DNA of 20,000 bases from Catajapyx aquilonaris (GCA_000934665.2 KZ538354.1:59148-79147), one strand, 5' to 3'; counted from the first letter of the stretch, positions 1 to 12,900 are shown. Notes: generated by a model from the letters alone, not told the origin. Numbers and translations: made by a program.

Positions 1-973
1 GAAGTTCTACATGATGCCCATTTCATCCGAGCCTGGAAAATAAGAGCACATGAAAAAAATATATTAAATCAGCAGAACACACGCCAAAACTGACACTAGA
101 TCTATATCAAACAGTACATTAAAACTCTCTTTAAAATGTGCATCACGAGCATACAATTTTTTCTCTAATTGTGATTGAGGCTGTGGGTCATGCCATACAA
201 AATTATCATTATAAAAGTATAATTAAATTTTCCATACAGATTGATCCTATTATCCCCGTGGTTTATTCAAAAGAAATGTTAAAATTATTCAATTAGTCTA
301 GCTTAATCATTGGATTTTTTTTTCGGACACAGACGTGGACATGCAAGTTACGTCATAGCCATGCAGACGAATCAGAAATGACCTTTCTCTCTCAAAATGT
401 TTAACCAATAATTGGGTTGAAATATCCGTACAGTTGGCGACGCAGAGAAGTTCCGACTGGATTTGAGCGAGCTTCCATGCAGGAAGCCTATCGACCGGAC
501 TGATTTATGCCGAGTGTCTGTAATTAGCAACCTCCATTATTTATAATGAAGCCTGAAGACTCCAACTTTTTTTACCTCTTCTTCATTCGCTTATTTACCG
601 CCGGAATAAATGACTTTGGGTTTTCGTATAGTTTCTTCGCCGCTTTGTGTATTGACTACACAAGAATCAATTAGTGCATCAGATCGAACTTGCTTTATAT
701 ATAGCACGCCGAACTTGCCATTATGTAACTCTCCTGGTGCGAGGATTCCAAAGTTTTGAGTTGCAGCCATAGTCTACAGCTTTCTCGTTGATTAACGGGG
801 CTGATGAAAAGCCCTTTTGATGTGAACTCTATACGCCCTACTTGCTCATCCTTTTTTTTATTTATTCCCCAATCCCAGATCTGTCTCTCTGGACATCAAA
901 GGCCGAAATTACAGCGATCAGTCGCATTTGTATGACCAAGTGATTCTACATACATGAAAGCAAACCTTTAGAA

Positions 974-988
974 ACACACACACACACA
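974..988. repeat. Short (AC)7 microsatellite
   Basis: ACACACACACACACA seen directly. Confidence 0.8.
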
Positions 989-3900
989 TGTCATTTGTTT
1001 GAAAAATGTATGTCGTGTAATCAGGTTGGCATTTGAGGTCCATCAGTTGCCCGACTTTTTGCAATTTGCGGTATGTTACGTAAGTTGGCACTAAATAACG
1101 GCTCAATTTTTTTTTTGCGAGCCAGTTAATCTTCGTTTGTTTTTTGGTCGACGGGCCAAACGCCCATATATCACCTCACGCTGAAGTTGGTACAAGGACG
1201 TATAAAATCCCTCGCAAATATCTACAACTCTATAAAGTATATACCCCGCTCCTTCCTCTCCAAGTTTGCAACCCTTTCCCCGTCTCCGTATATGTGAAAA
1301 ATTGCTTCCAGCGCCTCTTTTTTTGAGAAGGAGCCTTTATTATTTTGAAAGTTGGATAGATGATCGAGATAGAGCGATTTCCTGACTCTTGCCAAAGAGA
1401 AACGGCTCATCGCGAATTAAAACCCTCCGACAAAAATAATTACTTTGGAAGTCAACGCCGCGCCGTCGGATGAAATGATCGCCAAAGCTTTTCCCTAGTC
1501 ACAGAATCGCGTGCACGAAACTTCATTAGATGACTTAAGTGGAAATGGCATTCATATTTCGCACGAACCGCATTGTCAAGACAGGTTATGCAACTTTATG
1601 GAGAGCACACACTTTGTGTTAGGGCAAGTTGTTTGTGACAATTATAAAATTATTGCAAAGCTCTCATTGAATTGCCTGTGGGCCTCTGTGAATTGACTTG
1701 TTTTCCGATACTGTCTTGAGGCGATCGCTGGTTTCAGATTGATCGTTTGAAATGCCGATGCTCCCGCAAGTTCCTTTAAAAAAAAGTCAGGTACATTATT
1801 TGACGTACAGGAGCGAGGTAATTAGTTTTAGTCTACGGTGCACTGTACGGCACCACGGGTGTATTTAAAAGTCGATCGGCTGCCAAGGCACCACCGTCTG
1901 CACTTCAAGCTCTCACATCAACTTGATTTTAAGGTCACGGTCAGAAAATATCATTCTAGTAATAAGATCAGCTTATATTTTATTACCACCTTTATTTCTT
2001 CCGCAGTACAAAACCGCAACAAGAACAAGGGAGGAAAAATCGGTAGGCAGGTGCTAAACCTTATGGCAGCAATGCTCACGATTTATGGACAAACGAGGGA
2101 TAAACATGCGAGATAAGAAAATTTCCCTTGGGGAGGTTGCCCGCCTGCAATATGACACATAGGACTACAGGAGGATAAGAGGGTAATAGAAGAAAAAAAA
2201 GGGAAGGAAGCTGCGGAGGAAACGAGGGCATAAATTGGACGAGGATATTGAAAGACGACCGGATTTATTGCGGTCAATAAGAATAGTCTTTTGTGACTCG
2301 AGCGTAAATTTAAAGATCGGGCTTGGGTCTCTCCGGGAAGCGAAAACAAATCGTTGTATAGCCCATTATTGTTGAGGAATCTGAGGTTAGAGGAACTTGC
2401 TGCTGCATTTTTTTAAAAAATTATTGTTCCAATCTCGGCTCGCATATCTGCGTTGGCATCGCACTACACTAAAGGGGATTATGGGGGGGAGGAGGATCGC
2501 AATTACTTGCTTTCGCATTTTTGGATGGGCCATATCAACTTTAAAAACTTGCAGATTAATTTGTTTCGTAGGTAATATTTCACTGGGTCGAAACCCGAAC
2601 TGGGCGAAAATAAATGGAAAAGTTCGGGAGGTAATTTACCGCGGCTTGAAGGGTTTGCTCGCTTCCGAAGTAGAGCAGTAATTACCCAGTTCATGGCACT
2701 AAAAGGTCAAATTTTTTTGAAACAAATTTGGCAATTTTTTGGGGGACCAATTTTGCGCCGGAAATGGGAAGAGGGTCGGGCGCACTAAAGATCGTATAAC
2801 TCGGATAAAAACAAGGTATTTACAAAACAGTCCCATTAGGAGCAGTAATTAAACAGCTGTGCTTTGCTAGGAGGAAGTAAAAGCATGGCATTAAATCACA
2901 AGAGAGCGTAGTTTTCCGGGGACGGGGAATATTACGGAGGACTGGAAAATACTTTCCAGCAATAATCTGGAAAAAAACGCCCCGTTTCTGTTTGTTGTTG
3001 TTTTGACCACTGCTTTGTTGACACTTGCCTTTGAACCAATACGCGTTATTGCCTAAATGGATCTGACCTATTAGAAAAATCCGGTTTCACAACACTCGAT
3101 ACACGGTATTGAGTCAGGTGATCGATTTTGCTCAATTACTGGATTATACTGAAAGTTAAATAACCCGAGTGGCCATCAGCCATTCGGGGGTTGAGTTTGC
3201 GTACATGTCAGTGCCAGATGACACGAACATCGCCGTAATTCCCCCATTGAAATTGTTGCCCAACATGCCTCATGCGGAACATGCTTTTATCTGCATGTTG
3301 TACATAAGTGGTTATAGAAAGCACAGTTTTATTAGGCACTATATTTTACAACCCGCAAGAGTTACATCAACTCTAATTAAGTAGAAACTATATCCCATTA
3401 CGACTGTATTGTGAAAATGTGTATTGAACTCGTTTTCTGCTCTGATCATGCCAACACCATATGACGCAAATTAAAGTCGAGTCTATACAGTCTGTCCTGA
3501 TAAAAGGACGAAGACTTATCAGTATTTTTGTTAACGTGGCAGGAAATTGGTTTCACTTTTTTTTTAGATTGTCTTGAAAACTTTGGGGAGAGAGACATAA
3601 ACTGAAACTTTTTTTGCCCTATAACAGGCATCTTCTGAAGGAGTTGATTGCACAACTTTACGGCTTTAATGTACTGCTTACAGTTCAGATTGGAAAACGA
3701 AGGGGGATATTATTTTTATCGGTGCCAATTAAGTATATTTGAGAGAGCTTCGTACATTTTGTGCAGTAAGGATTCTGATAACAAGTTTGGTTAGTTAATT
3801 TGCATGAGTCTAGACAACTAAGGCCACGAGGCAATAATTGATCTCTTGTTGTGACATTGAATATGTGTGAATTGTGCCACAAGCTGATCATTAAGAGTGT

Positions 3901-5446
3901 GACCTTGCGCAATGGATCGTATATGGTGTCGACTATGTACGTGGTTTATTATTGGCTACAATTTTGCGAGACACTCGTTAGTCCTTTGACCTTTTCTACC
4001 GTCATAATCGTGCCATAAAGGGCCAGATTGGTAAGTCATTGCCACGGGCAAAAAATAGTAACAAGTTGCATATTTCTGGCATGTAATTTCTCGCGAAACA
4101 CATCCTGCGTCACTCTGACGCTAGGAACGGAAAAAAATAATTACTATTTTGGAAAATGAGTAATTGAAACGCATCTTGGCGGCAGCTTTGCGAAGATTCC
4201 CGCAAATTGCGCCATTATTCTTCATTTAAAATTCAATCTGGCTGCCTCCCGGAGATTCACATGGCCTTACCCCTCCGTGAAATATTAAGTCCCTTAATAA
4301 AACGTCACGCCCTTGCACGAGTTGAATCCAGAAAAAAATACGTGCAATTTCAAACTTCTAATATCTGAAGGGACTAGTCAAAATCCGGATCTTGTTTACC
4401 TTTTTTTTTAAAAAAAAGGGCAGAGTTTTTCTCCAGGTCCGAATGGCAGCCAGTAATGTTACTTTTGTGTAAGTCAATGCCTTGCCTTGGAAAGCACTCT
4501 CTCTCTCTTTAGCAGAAGCTGAAAAGGATTCGCGGGTTCCTTCTATTCGCGACTAAGCTTCAGATTAAATGAATTTCCAGCATCGCCTCGAGACAATGCA
4601 TTTTGCCTACCCTTCATCAACTTTACTATTACTGCAAAGCCCTTTACTAGAATGGGGCTTACGGAGAATATTACGCCGGGACAAAGGCGAGGAAAAGAAC
4701 CTATTTGCAGAAACGCGACGAGACTGCGGAGGGGCTCCGTAATTTGGATTTGAGTTATACATGTGTACCTTCACGTAGTAATCGCACTGGACCGGACCTT
4801 GATTACTTTGGGCTATGCGGCTGAGGATCTGACCTCACATCAGGCTATAAAATTCGATAGCAATTATTATTACAGTGGGTCAAGTCGCTTGCAACAGCTT
4901 GCTGGTCAAATCTACATGATTATAGGAAACGTCAATTGCATATGGATATAATAACTAACATTTTATGACGTTTAAAACAAGGCTGGGTGTGAGCATTAAT
5001 GCGAGGATATTCGAAAGTAATAAGCGGCCAGAAAAGTCCAGAAGCAAGTTTATGACCTCCCCTGGTACGGTAATTACCACAAGATGGTGCAAAAAAAAGT
5101 GAGCGATATTTCCTGCGAGAATAGGCCCAGTGTCCGACATATATTATCAGGAAAAGGAAAGGGGACATGGTAGGCGTAACCCCCCATCTTTTGTCTTCCA
5201 CAGGCTGTTTGTGGTGGCCCCCAGAAGGGTTGTATGGTGAGGGTTTTTGAGTGGGTGTGGTGCGGTAATGGCGCTGAGTTGGCGCCAAGCCCCTGCTGGT
5301 GCTGAGGGATTGAAGTCCTTTCCTCCGCCCGCTCATGTCCATTCAGTTCCAATCCTTTTTGTAATGTCCACCCAACCACCCACCGAACCCTGAGACTAAT
5401 TATTATTCCCGAAAGTTCTGTGAACACTCACGAAATATCAAATATA

Positions 5447-5655
5447 CCATCAAACGGTGTGAGATTGTGCCAGTGCATTTTTGGACGACAGTGCGCCCTG
5501 TACTAGCTGCAAGCGAATTTAGGCATGTTTTACTACGTTGAGGGGTGGTCAAGGTTGGCAATGACAAGTAAAATTTGTTATATGGCGCATTGTTGTCCAA
5601 AAAATGCTCTGACACAATCTCACCCCACCTGGCACAATCTCACCCCAATTGACGG
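5447..5655. mobile_element. Non-autonomous DNA transposon (MITE-like), ~209 bp, TA-flanked
   Basis: The left end TA-CCATCAAACGGTGTGAGATTGTGCCAGTGCATTTTTGGACGACAGTGCGCC (5445-5497) matches the reverse complement of the right end, TG-CCGTCAATTGGGGTGAGATTGTGCCA[GGTGGGGTGAGATTGTGTCA]GAGCATTTTTTGGACAACAATGCGCC (5657-5584). The inverted repeats are ~50 bp and imperfect, with one extra 20-bp unit on the right. No coding capacity. Confidence 0.75.
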
Positions 5656-6750
5656 CATAACATACAACTTATTATACTCCAAATCCCCCCCTCTCGTCAT
5701 AGCTGAGTTATGAAACGACTTTCCAACAGAATTTACCCTGCAGCAACTGCTTTTGTCGACGTCTACATAATTAAGTCACACGATCTTGACTTTTAACTGC
5801 CTGACGACGAAACCAGTCTGGAAATGATAATTTTTTGTAACGCAATTTCCGCCACGTTGTCCAGGGAGAGCGTCGAGCCGTTTTTGGCGAACGTCGAACA
5901 AAAGGCGGGCCTGCTGACGTTAAGGTAGATTATGGGTGCAAGGGATGGTGGGTGATGGTGGGGGGGCATAAATGAATTTTGCGCCCTCGAGGGGCACTTG
6001 CCCGTTGAAGTCATTATCGGAGCGAATTCCCCCAGCAGAAAATATATAAGCGAGAGGCTGTGCTCCGAAACCGACGCAAAAATAATGCACAAATGTTTTT
6101 ATCACAGTCGTCAAACGGGGCAGATGAGAGAGAAAAGGATGGAGCCCCCTGGAGGCGATTTCTTTTCTATTCAGTGTCTCTATTTTCTGAGGGCAGCAGC
6201 AACCCCATCTCCTTTTTATCATCTTTCTTTCTTTTCTTAGAGGCTTTCAGTGGCACAAGATCCGAGCCAAGAAAGCCATCCGGATTGTATCGACACTCTT
6301 TTTTTTCTTCCTCTTTCTCTTCCACTCCTCCCCATCGGTTTGCCTTTCGTCCCTTGAGTACGTCTAACCGACTGGAAAATGGTCCTAGAGGTTCCCCCGA
6401 AACTGAGCGAAATCTACGGCATCAAACGATATAAAATGCGGGCTGGAAAACTATGTTAGCTTCATGGCATAGGGTGATACTTTGGTAGAGTTAAATTTTG
6501 GCTATAGAGCTGTGTGATTTTTTTAAATCTACATTTTTTTCGATAGATATTGGGCATCAATTTTTGTTTAAAATGAAATTTTGGTTATAGTCCGAACCTA
6601 CAATCAGTTAAGGATTTTATGACTCTCCATGTCCGTACCTGCTGATATGGTCCATCGAGAATTACCAGAGTCCTTTTACCGTACACAGCAAAAATAATTC
6701 GATTATTCCGAACAATGTCACGGCAAATATAACTGGATGTCGTAAAGCGG

Positions 6751-6756
6751 TTTATT
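6751..6756 (-). terminator. Candidate polyadenylation signal (AATAAA) for the receptor transcript
   Basis: By manual scan this is the first canonical minus-strand AATAAA downstream of the stop at 9223, implying a ~2.5-kb 3' UTR. Non-canonical signals could be used earlier. Confidence 0.25.
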
Positions 6757-7468
6757 ACTATGTGATGACCCGTAAGTGGCACTAAAAAGGCGAAAATAAC
6801 GCACTGTTCGTCGACTGCGATATTTCGACAGGGGCTTGATCCGGAACTGCTTGATCACTAAGCTGTAAAAACCCGGCAGCTTTACGGGCACACGTTGACA
6901 CACGCCCACACACCCACACATGCTGGCTGGGCATTAAAGTGCTAATAAAATTATGTGCCTCCATTCCCCTGAACACAGTGACCCCCTGCGGTGGGGAACA
7001 TTTGGACATAAAAAAATATTTGTGCACCAGAATATTCCGGGGGTCCCGAGACATATCCCTGCGACACGACATTCTCATCCTTCATAATGCATGTGTCCGG
7101 AACTGTAGGTCGTGCAAATTGCACGGGATAATTTTGCATAATAATGCACCGTGTGTCCAGAGGGGGTCAGAAGGTCTTATCCTTTCTTGTTTGACACGCT
7201 TGTATCCTGGGCACAGCACCGGGGGGAAAAAAACTGCCGAGCAATTATTTGATATGGAATGATCATGGATGAAATGTTGACTGTTTTCGTGCGCGAGTAG
7301 GTCATGAATAGGAAACGACCTGGCTGGATGACTGACCATAATTCATGCGTCGAAATGACCCTGCGCGACCTTGATCCGGGTGTGGCAGCCTTGGCACTAA
7401 AACGACATCAAGAACCTGAACTCTCTGAATTATTAAGCAGCTTCTCCGCTGGATGTATATACGAGCAG

Positions 7469-7536
<68 letters not shown>
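7469..7536. repeat. (CT)34 / (GA)34 microsatellite
   Basis: 68-bp CT dinucleotide run with a single C>A interruption at 7485. Confidence 0.98.
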
Positions 7537-7538
<2 letters not shown>

Positions 7539-9222
7539 GGACTTGATTATAATGCCGAAATGTACACAGCAGCACCAACACTCCGGCAGAAAGTCTCATT
7601 GGAATTCTCCAGGGTGGCAGCTCAGCTTGGAAAGTCCTGGAGACTGCAGTTACGTACTTTGTGACATGCTTGGACCAGTTGGTCCGTGGCAGATTGGAGT
7701 TTGCGGAAGTCATGTTTGGAGCTTGACATGCTTTGCACTGAATGAGAGCAAGGTTTGCTTAAATTGTGGCAAGGAATATAATGGACTGATGAAGACAAAA
7801 AAAAAGTTTTGGAATAGTTTCATCCCAGCATGCCGGCGCTAATTTGTGTTAACTAAAAAAAAGCTGCGGCGGCGACACATTTTTACATGCTATAATATTA
7901 TTTTCCCAACCGTCGTTGTGACTTCAGCGATACTTTAAAATGCGAAATGACAAACGGGCGCAAAATTACACATTGTTGTGCGGAGTTCCGTTAAGCGGTA
8001 AATGCAAGTAAAACCACTGCGCAGTGTGCGCAGTGCATATCCAGTTTTTTTCGTTAGATGGTTTCCATGTAAAACCGTGGGTCGTTTTATCCTCGCGCAC
8101 TTTATGACATTCCGACAATAATGTAAAATTTAGTTTCACAGTTATCTCCATCTGCAAGTAGTTTGTAGCTTCATTGCGATAAATATATAGGCCATGGCGC
8201 ACTGTACGGACACAACAAGAATACGCGCGGCTAAATTTTTAACACCGTTTCAGCAAAACAGCACGCGTGTAGGTCACATGTATAGCCTGTGCTTCCCGCG
8301 ACTTTTATAGCCGCCATAATCGCAATGGTCTATCGAACAGTCCTTCTTAATATGTATGGTCTGACTTCCTTTTAAAGGCTAGAACTGCTCTTTAAACAGT
8401 GTGAGCCTGCTTTAAAAAAATTACTTCAAATCGAACTATCCCCCCCTATTCACTCCATCTGACTCAACACGAGTCCAGCACCTGCTGCGCGAGTGAAGAT
8501 TTCAAGCCTGGAGCAATTCCCATCAATCGGATAATACTCGCCTGACACCCGAATTTATGAAGGTATCCTACCGAGGTGATGACGTGCCCTCTTTTAAAGG
8601 ACCTTTTTTTTCTTCTTCTTCTTCCTATCTATATATATCCGGAGGCCATCCTGACAAAGCGCAACCGATGCACAAAAGCTCCCTCGATTTTTTTAAAGTA
8701 CAGAAAGACTCCCCAGAAGCACGTTATGTGTCGGAGATCCTTCCCGCTCCTCTCTTATTTAGCTTTCTTTTTCCTTCAGGGGCCAGTTTTTAGGCCACTC
8801 CTACCCCTAACCCCAGCAGGGTTTTTTTCTCCTTCTTCTTCCATCACTATTCGGTTGATGGATGGAAAGCTCTCGGTAGTTTTTTTTTGCGAGGGGTTAG
8901 ATGGCGTAGTGGAGTTTGCTGTATGGACCAGGGGGCTGACGATTTTTCCCAGCCGGTGAGGCCTTCCAGACGTGGCATTAATTGGGCAATTCTTCATCAA
9001 CAGGTCCATCGTGCGGAAAGTGAGAATGACCAGTAGCACCACTTTGCTCCAAGTGCTAGCCTCATATTTTTGTTACAGCTGTGTGCAGCTGGACGACTTA
9101 AAATAAGTATGGAACGTGACCTAGTTTTTACTTACTTGAAGTGTGTCCCTTCAATTGTCCGGAAGCTGTAACAGGACACAACGAAGAACTGTGGCGCACA
9201 CTCTTTCTGTTCAGTCCTTAGT

Positions 9223-9990
9223 CTACGTGAGTTCCTGCTGCAGATGCAGCTGCACCGTGTCGTTTTGGGCCGAGTACGTGGCGATGGGTGCGACTTCGTT
9301 GGTGTCCGTTGGCGACGACGGTTGTGACTGCGGTACCGGTATGATTGTGGTGCCGTCGATCTTCTCCTGGCAGTCTGGTTTGGTTGAGTCGTCGTTCGGC
9401 GGTGTGGTTGTGTATGTGGTCCGGATTGAGTTGGTCTGCGTCGGAAGCAGCGATTCCTGCAGTGTCTCGTTACCGTTGCAGGTCCGTTCCGACCTCCAGG
9501 CACCGCTGGCTCGAGATTTCTGCGTAGGCCGGTTGTCGAAGCAAGGCAGGACCTGCTTGAACTCCTTCCTGAAGTTCTCGTTGAGCCAGGCGTACAGGAA
9601 AGGGTTGTAACAAGTGGAGCTCATGGCCACCGCGTGGGCCATGAAGAAGCACAGGTTGTAGTACTTCCACTCTCCGGCCGGAATGTACACGTCGTTCAGT
9701 AGGTTGACCACGTTCAGGGGCAGCCAGGACATGCCGAAGATGGTGACCATCGCGATCAGCATCCGGTTGGTGCGACGTTTCCTCTCCCTGTCAGCCTCTT
9801 CCTTTCTGGAGCTCTTGGCACCTGGTTTGGCCTTGGCTCGATCCGAAAGCTTGAACGACACCTTCACGTAGGCGAAGCTGATGATGACGAAAGGTACCAC
9901 GAACTGCATCGTGGCCGTGAAACCACCGAAGATCTGTCTCACCTCCTCGGACGTCCAGTCCTCGTCGCAGTAGTACTTGCCACGAAACTC
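9223..9990 (-). CDS. sNPF-R: sNPF receptor-like GPCR, coding exon 2 (ECL2 to C-terminus, 255 aa + TAG stop)
   Basis: Acceptor TCTCTTTCTTTATTCAG|GAG (AG at 9992-9991), phase 0, joins ...QLK|EFRGKYYCDEDW. It encodes the ECL2 Cys, TM5 QFVVPF, ICL3 EEADRERKRRTNRMLIAMV, TM6 SWLPLN, TM7 AMSSTCYNPFLYAWLNENFRKEFKQVLPCF and the tail motif ERTCNGNET.QESLL, all of which I recognise as typical of arthropod sNPF receptors. Stop TAG at 9225-9223. Confidence 0.92.
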   Translation of the reverse strand, partial: EFRGKYYCDEDWTSEEVRQIFGGFTATMQFVVPFVIISFAYVKVSFKLSDRAKAKPGAKSSRKEEADRERKRRTNRMLIAMVTIFGMSWLPLNVVNLLNDVYIPAGEWKYYNLCFFMAHAVAMSSTCYNPFLYAWLNENFRKEFKQVLPCFDNRPTQKSRASGAWRSERTCNGNETLQESLLPTQTNSIRTTYTTTPPNDDSTKPDCQEKIDGTTIIPVPQSQPSSPTDTNEVAPIATYSAQNDTVQLHLQQELT

Positions 9991-12900
9991 CTGAATAAAG
10001 AAAGAGATTTGTGTCAGCCTCACAAGTCTTATACACATAACATTGCACTATGCCAACAATGAAACTGGCAGTTGAAGGCTGATGACATTGGCAATGCTGT
10101 TTTGTGACTGGCTCAACAAGTTTGTGAACATTGTGTTGAATTTTGTGCTTGTCATTTACAGTCGGCGTCGGACTCGTTACCCGCAGATAATGAGCTTTAA
10201 TCAGGAAGTGCAGCGTGTACTGTCCGTCTTCCATGGCTCTGCTTTGGACACGTGCTGATTATCTCTGAGGCCCACGCACACTTTTAAATTAAAAAATTCT
10301 GAGGTGTCGCATATATTAGATTGTCAGCCACGTGCGAAGTGCGGTGCCATATTTGACAGGCTGTTCTGCGTCATAAAGTTTATTATTTTAAACCCTTCAA
10401 TTGTGGAACGACTGGCAGAAATTACTCGTAACATGTAAATCAATAAACGAGAGGAACTAAACAATGCGGCTTGGTCGGTTTACTTAATTAATTTTAATGA
10501 AGTGTGTAAAGCTGCAGTCTAGTTTTTTCGGTGTAATGCGTTGGATTTTTTTTCACTGTGGTTGGCTGTAAAATTCTGAACTACTGCAAAATTTAGGCAA
10601 TTTTTTTGCCTGTCGATAGAAAGCCATGCATACTCACTGGCTGAGACTTTGTCAACAGTGGAACTACCAAAATATTTTTATTTTATGAGCTCCTGACAGT
10701 GAGAGTCGAGATTTATTCTGCTAGTTGTTAAACTGCGGATTATTCACAAGTTTTATGTGCACAGGCAAAGTGTGCATTGAATGAATCATTTACCGCATCA
10801 TAACTATGCGCGTTCAATTATTTTCTCGCTCAACTGAAAACGCTATTGTTCTCTAGCTGCACGAAACTGCAAATAAGCAACACTAAAAAAGATTAAGCTC
10901 TCGAGGATTAGGGAGATGCTGTTGAATGTCTGACATCAATTAAGCTGCATACTTCTGACTCGTGAAAGATTGGTTTTGGAATTAAAGTGTACGAATGTAT
11001 TTAAATACTTTTGTGAATACATTTGCCAGGCCGGGCGGAGATTTATGTACAAGTGAAATTCTTGCAAGACACTGAATTTAGAAAAGCTGAAGAATTGATT
11101 TTGACCTTCACATTTGTGGACCAATCATCGCCCAGCCAGTCATTCGACCCGATTGACCCCGTGACCTCCGAAAAACTTTCCGCAAACATTTCCCAGCACC
11201 ATCTGCGTCCCATCATCCGGCCGCCAACGCAAGTGTTACCAAAAACTTTTCTTTTTTTATATGATCATTTTTGTTACAGCAGGTCGCTTTGTCTGTAACA
11301 AATAATCGCTATGTTCAACATGAAACACCGGAGGGGAAATGTGATATAGTTCGCATGCGTTTTGATCTCTTTTCCTCGTCATTTTTGCATGCGTCCTCAA
11401 AAATATTTGCGTATTCATTATCGTAATCTTATCTTTCTTCTACATCGAGGTTACCGTACTCCAATAGTAAGTTGTCAATGAAGTTTTCCATTGAATCGTC
11501 TAGAAATACTGTAGGTGAAGTTATGAAAGGAGACCTAAAGGATGAATGACACGGAGGGGAAAAAGTGCGTTCATTGAAATTGAAAATGCAGTGCGTACTA
11601 TATTGCTCAAAGAGCAGATTTCTCATCGAAAAGAAGTTTCAGTTTGTCTTAATTATTTTCTTTTGATCAATCTAGTGCGTTTAAGGCTATATCCCTGAAA
11701 CGCCCGTTTATATAATATTGTACAGAATTTACGCAGTGAACCGGAAATAGGAACTGTATAGGCAAAAGGCTGCCTGGTCCTAAATGAGCGTCTTGGTGAT
11801 GAATATTGCATTGCATTTCTTTTTGTTTAAAAGGATTTGTCAAGAAAATACTGTTCCAGGCTAGAAGTAATGAGCCGTACTTCCAGAAAGTTTGCAAACA
11901 GTTTGGCGCACTATTCCACAAAAATAATACCACGAATAATACCTACTGTAAACATACTGTACTTGGGTATAAAATGTACAGTTGGTGAACTGCCCTTTGA
12001 GCGCATAACGATGTGTCACAGCTCTAACATTAGATTAATTTCATTACACTTATTTCGCATTTGTCAATCATTAATTTTGCAAATGGTGTATCCAAAGTCG
12101 ATTTTAAGCTCGGTTAATTAACTCCCATGCCAAATGAGGAGATGGCCGATGCATCTCGAGTGAAATCCAGGAAATGAATTGGCCAATTCTTAAGCTACAG
12201 CTCCTGCAAAGATAATTCACTCATTTTGGAGTGAAAACAGCTCGATATTTATCTGGAGCGTGCTTTTTTTTCTCTCCGGGGTTTACAAAACGGGGACACG
12301 GAGTTTAACGTGATTAACGCAGCATCTGTATTCTACATCACAATATTACTGCGATAGGGCGCTGTTTGATGTCAGAATTAGTCCCATTAACTCGTCATAT
12401 TAATGAATACGTTACCAGGAATCCTTATACCGGTCGCCTGGGAGCAACTCAGGCTTGAATAATTGAGGCGATGCTGCAACACCACCCAGTCGAAATTAAT
12501 CATCAGTACAGACACCAATTTTATTTTTTTAAAAAATATCATGTGCTTACGATCCTGTACAAGCATATTTCCAATATTGAAATAGCCAACTGGTACAGTA
12601 TACTAGCTTTCAAAAAATGTCACTGTATACTCATCATATATCATTTTTTGCATGGGAAAAGATTACCTCATTATGCGGAATAAAGTGGACACAAGTATCA
12701 TTTGGGCCCGAATTATAGAGCTAATACTGTACATTGGAAGTGCCGTAGTTGAAGGCACGACCTTCTGTATCAAGGGCCATAGATATTAAAACGTGAAAGT
12801 CAAGGGCCGAATAAATTTTATCCTCCCGCCCACCTCTAGCTGGATTAGCCAAGCAACCCAATATTAACAAGTGCTAATTTTACTGGCTTTATAACTTTTT

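Noticed and set aside
5610..5649. 20-bp direct repeat as a CRISPR-like array
   Set aside because: Only two adjacent copies with no spacers, in a eukaryotic context; explained as part of the MITE end.
7304..7713. ORFs ending in LSLSLS / RERERE runs
   Set aside because: Artefacts of translating the (CT)n microsatellite.
9143..9871. Plus-strand ORFs 9143..9610, 9345..9527 and 9683..9871, and alternative-frame minus ORFs over exon 2
   Set aside because: Shadow ORFs caused by the GC-rich codon usage of the real GPCR exon; no recognisable protein features.
9991..10038. ORF-track N-terminus MCIRLVRLTQISFFIQ for the 271-aa ORF
   Set aside because: It is intronic (branch/polypyrimidine region); the real exon begins at 9990.
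11429..11626. Intronic minus-strand ORF as a possible alternative terminal exon of the receptor
   Set aside because: The nearby TTTAG acceptor at ~11535 is not in phase with this ORF when joined to exon 1, and there is no GPCR similarity.
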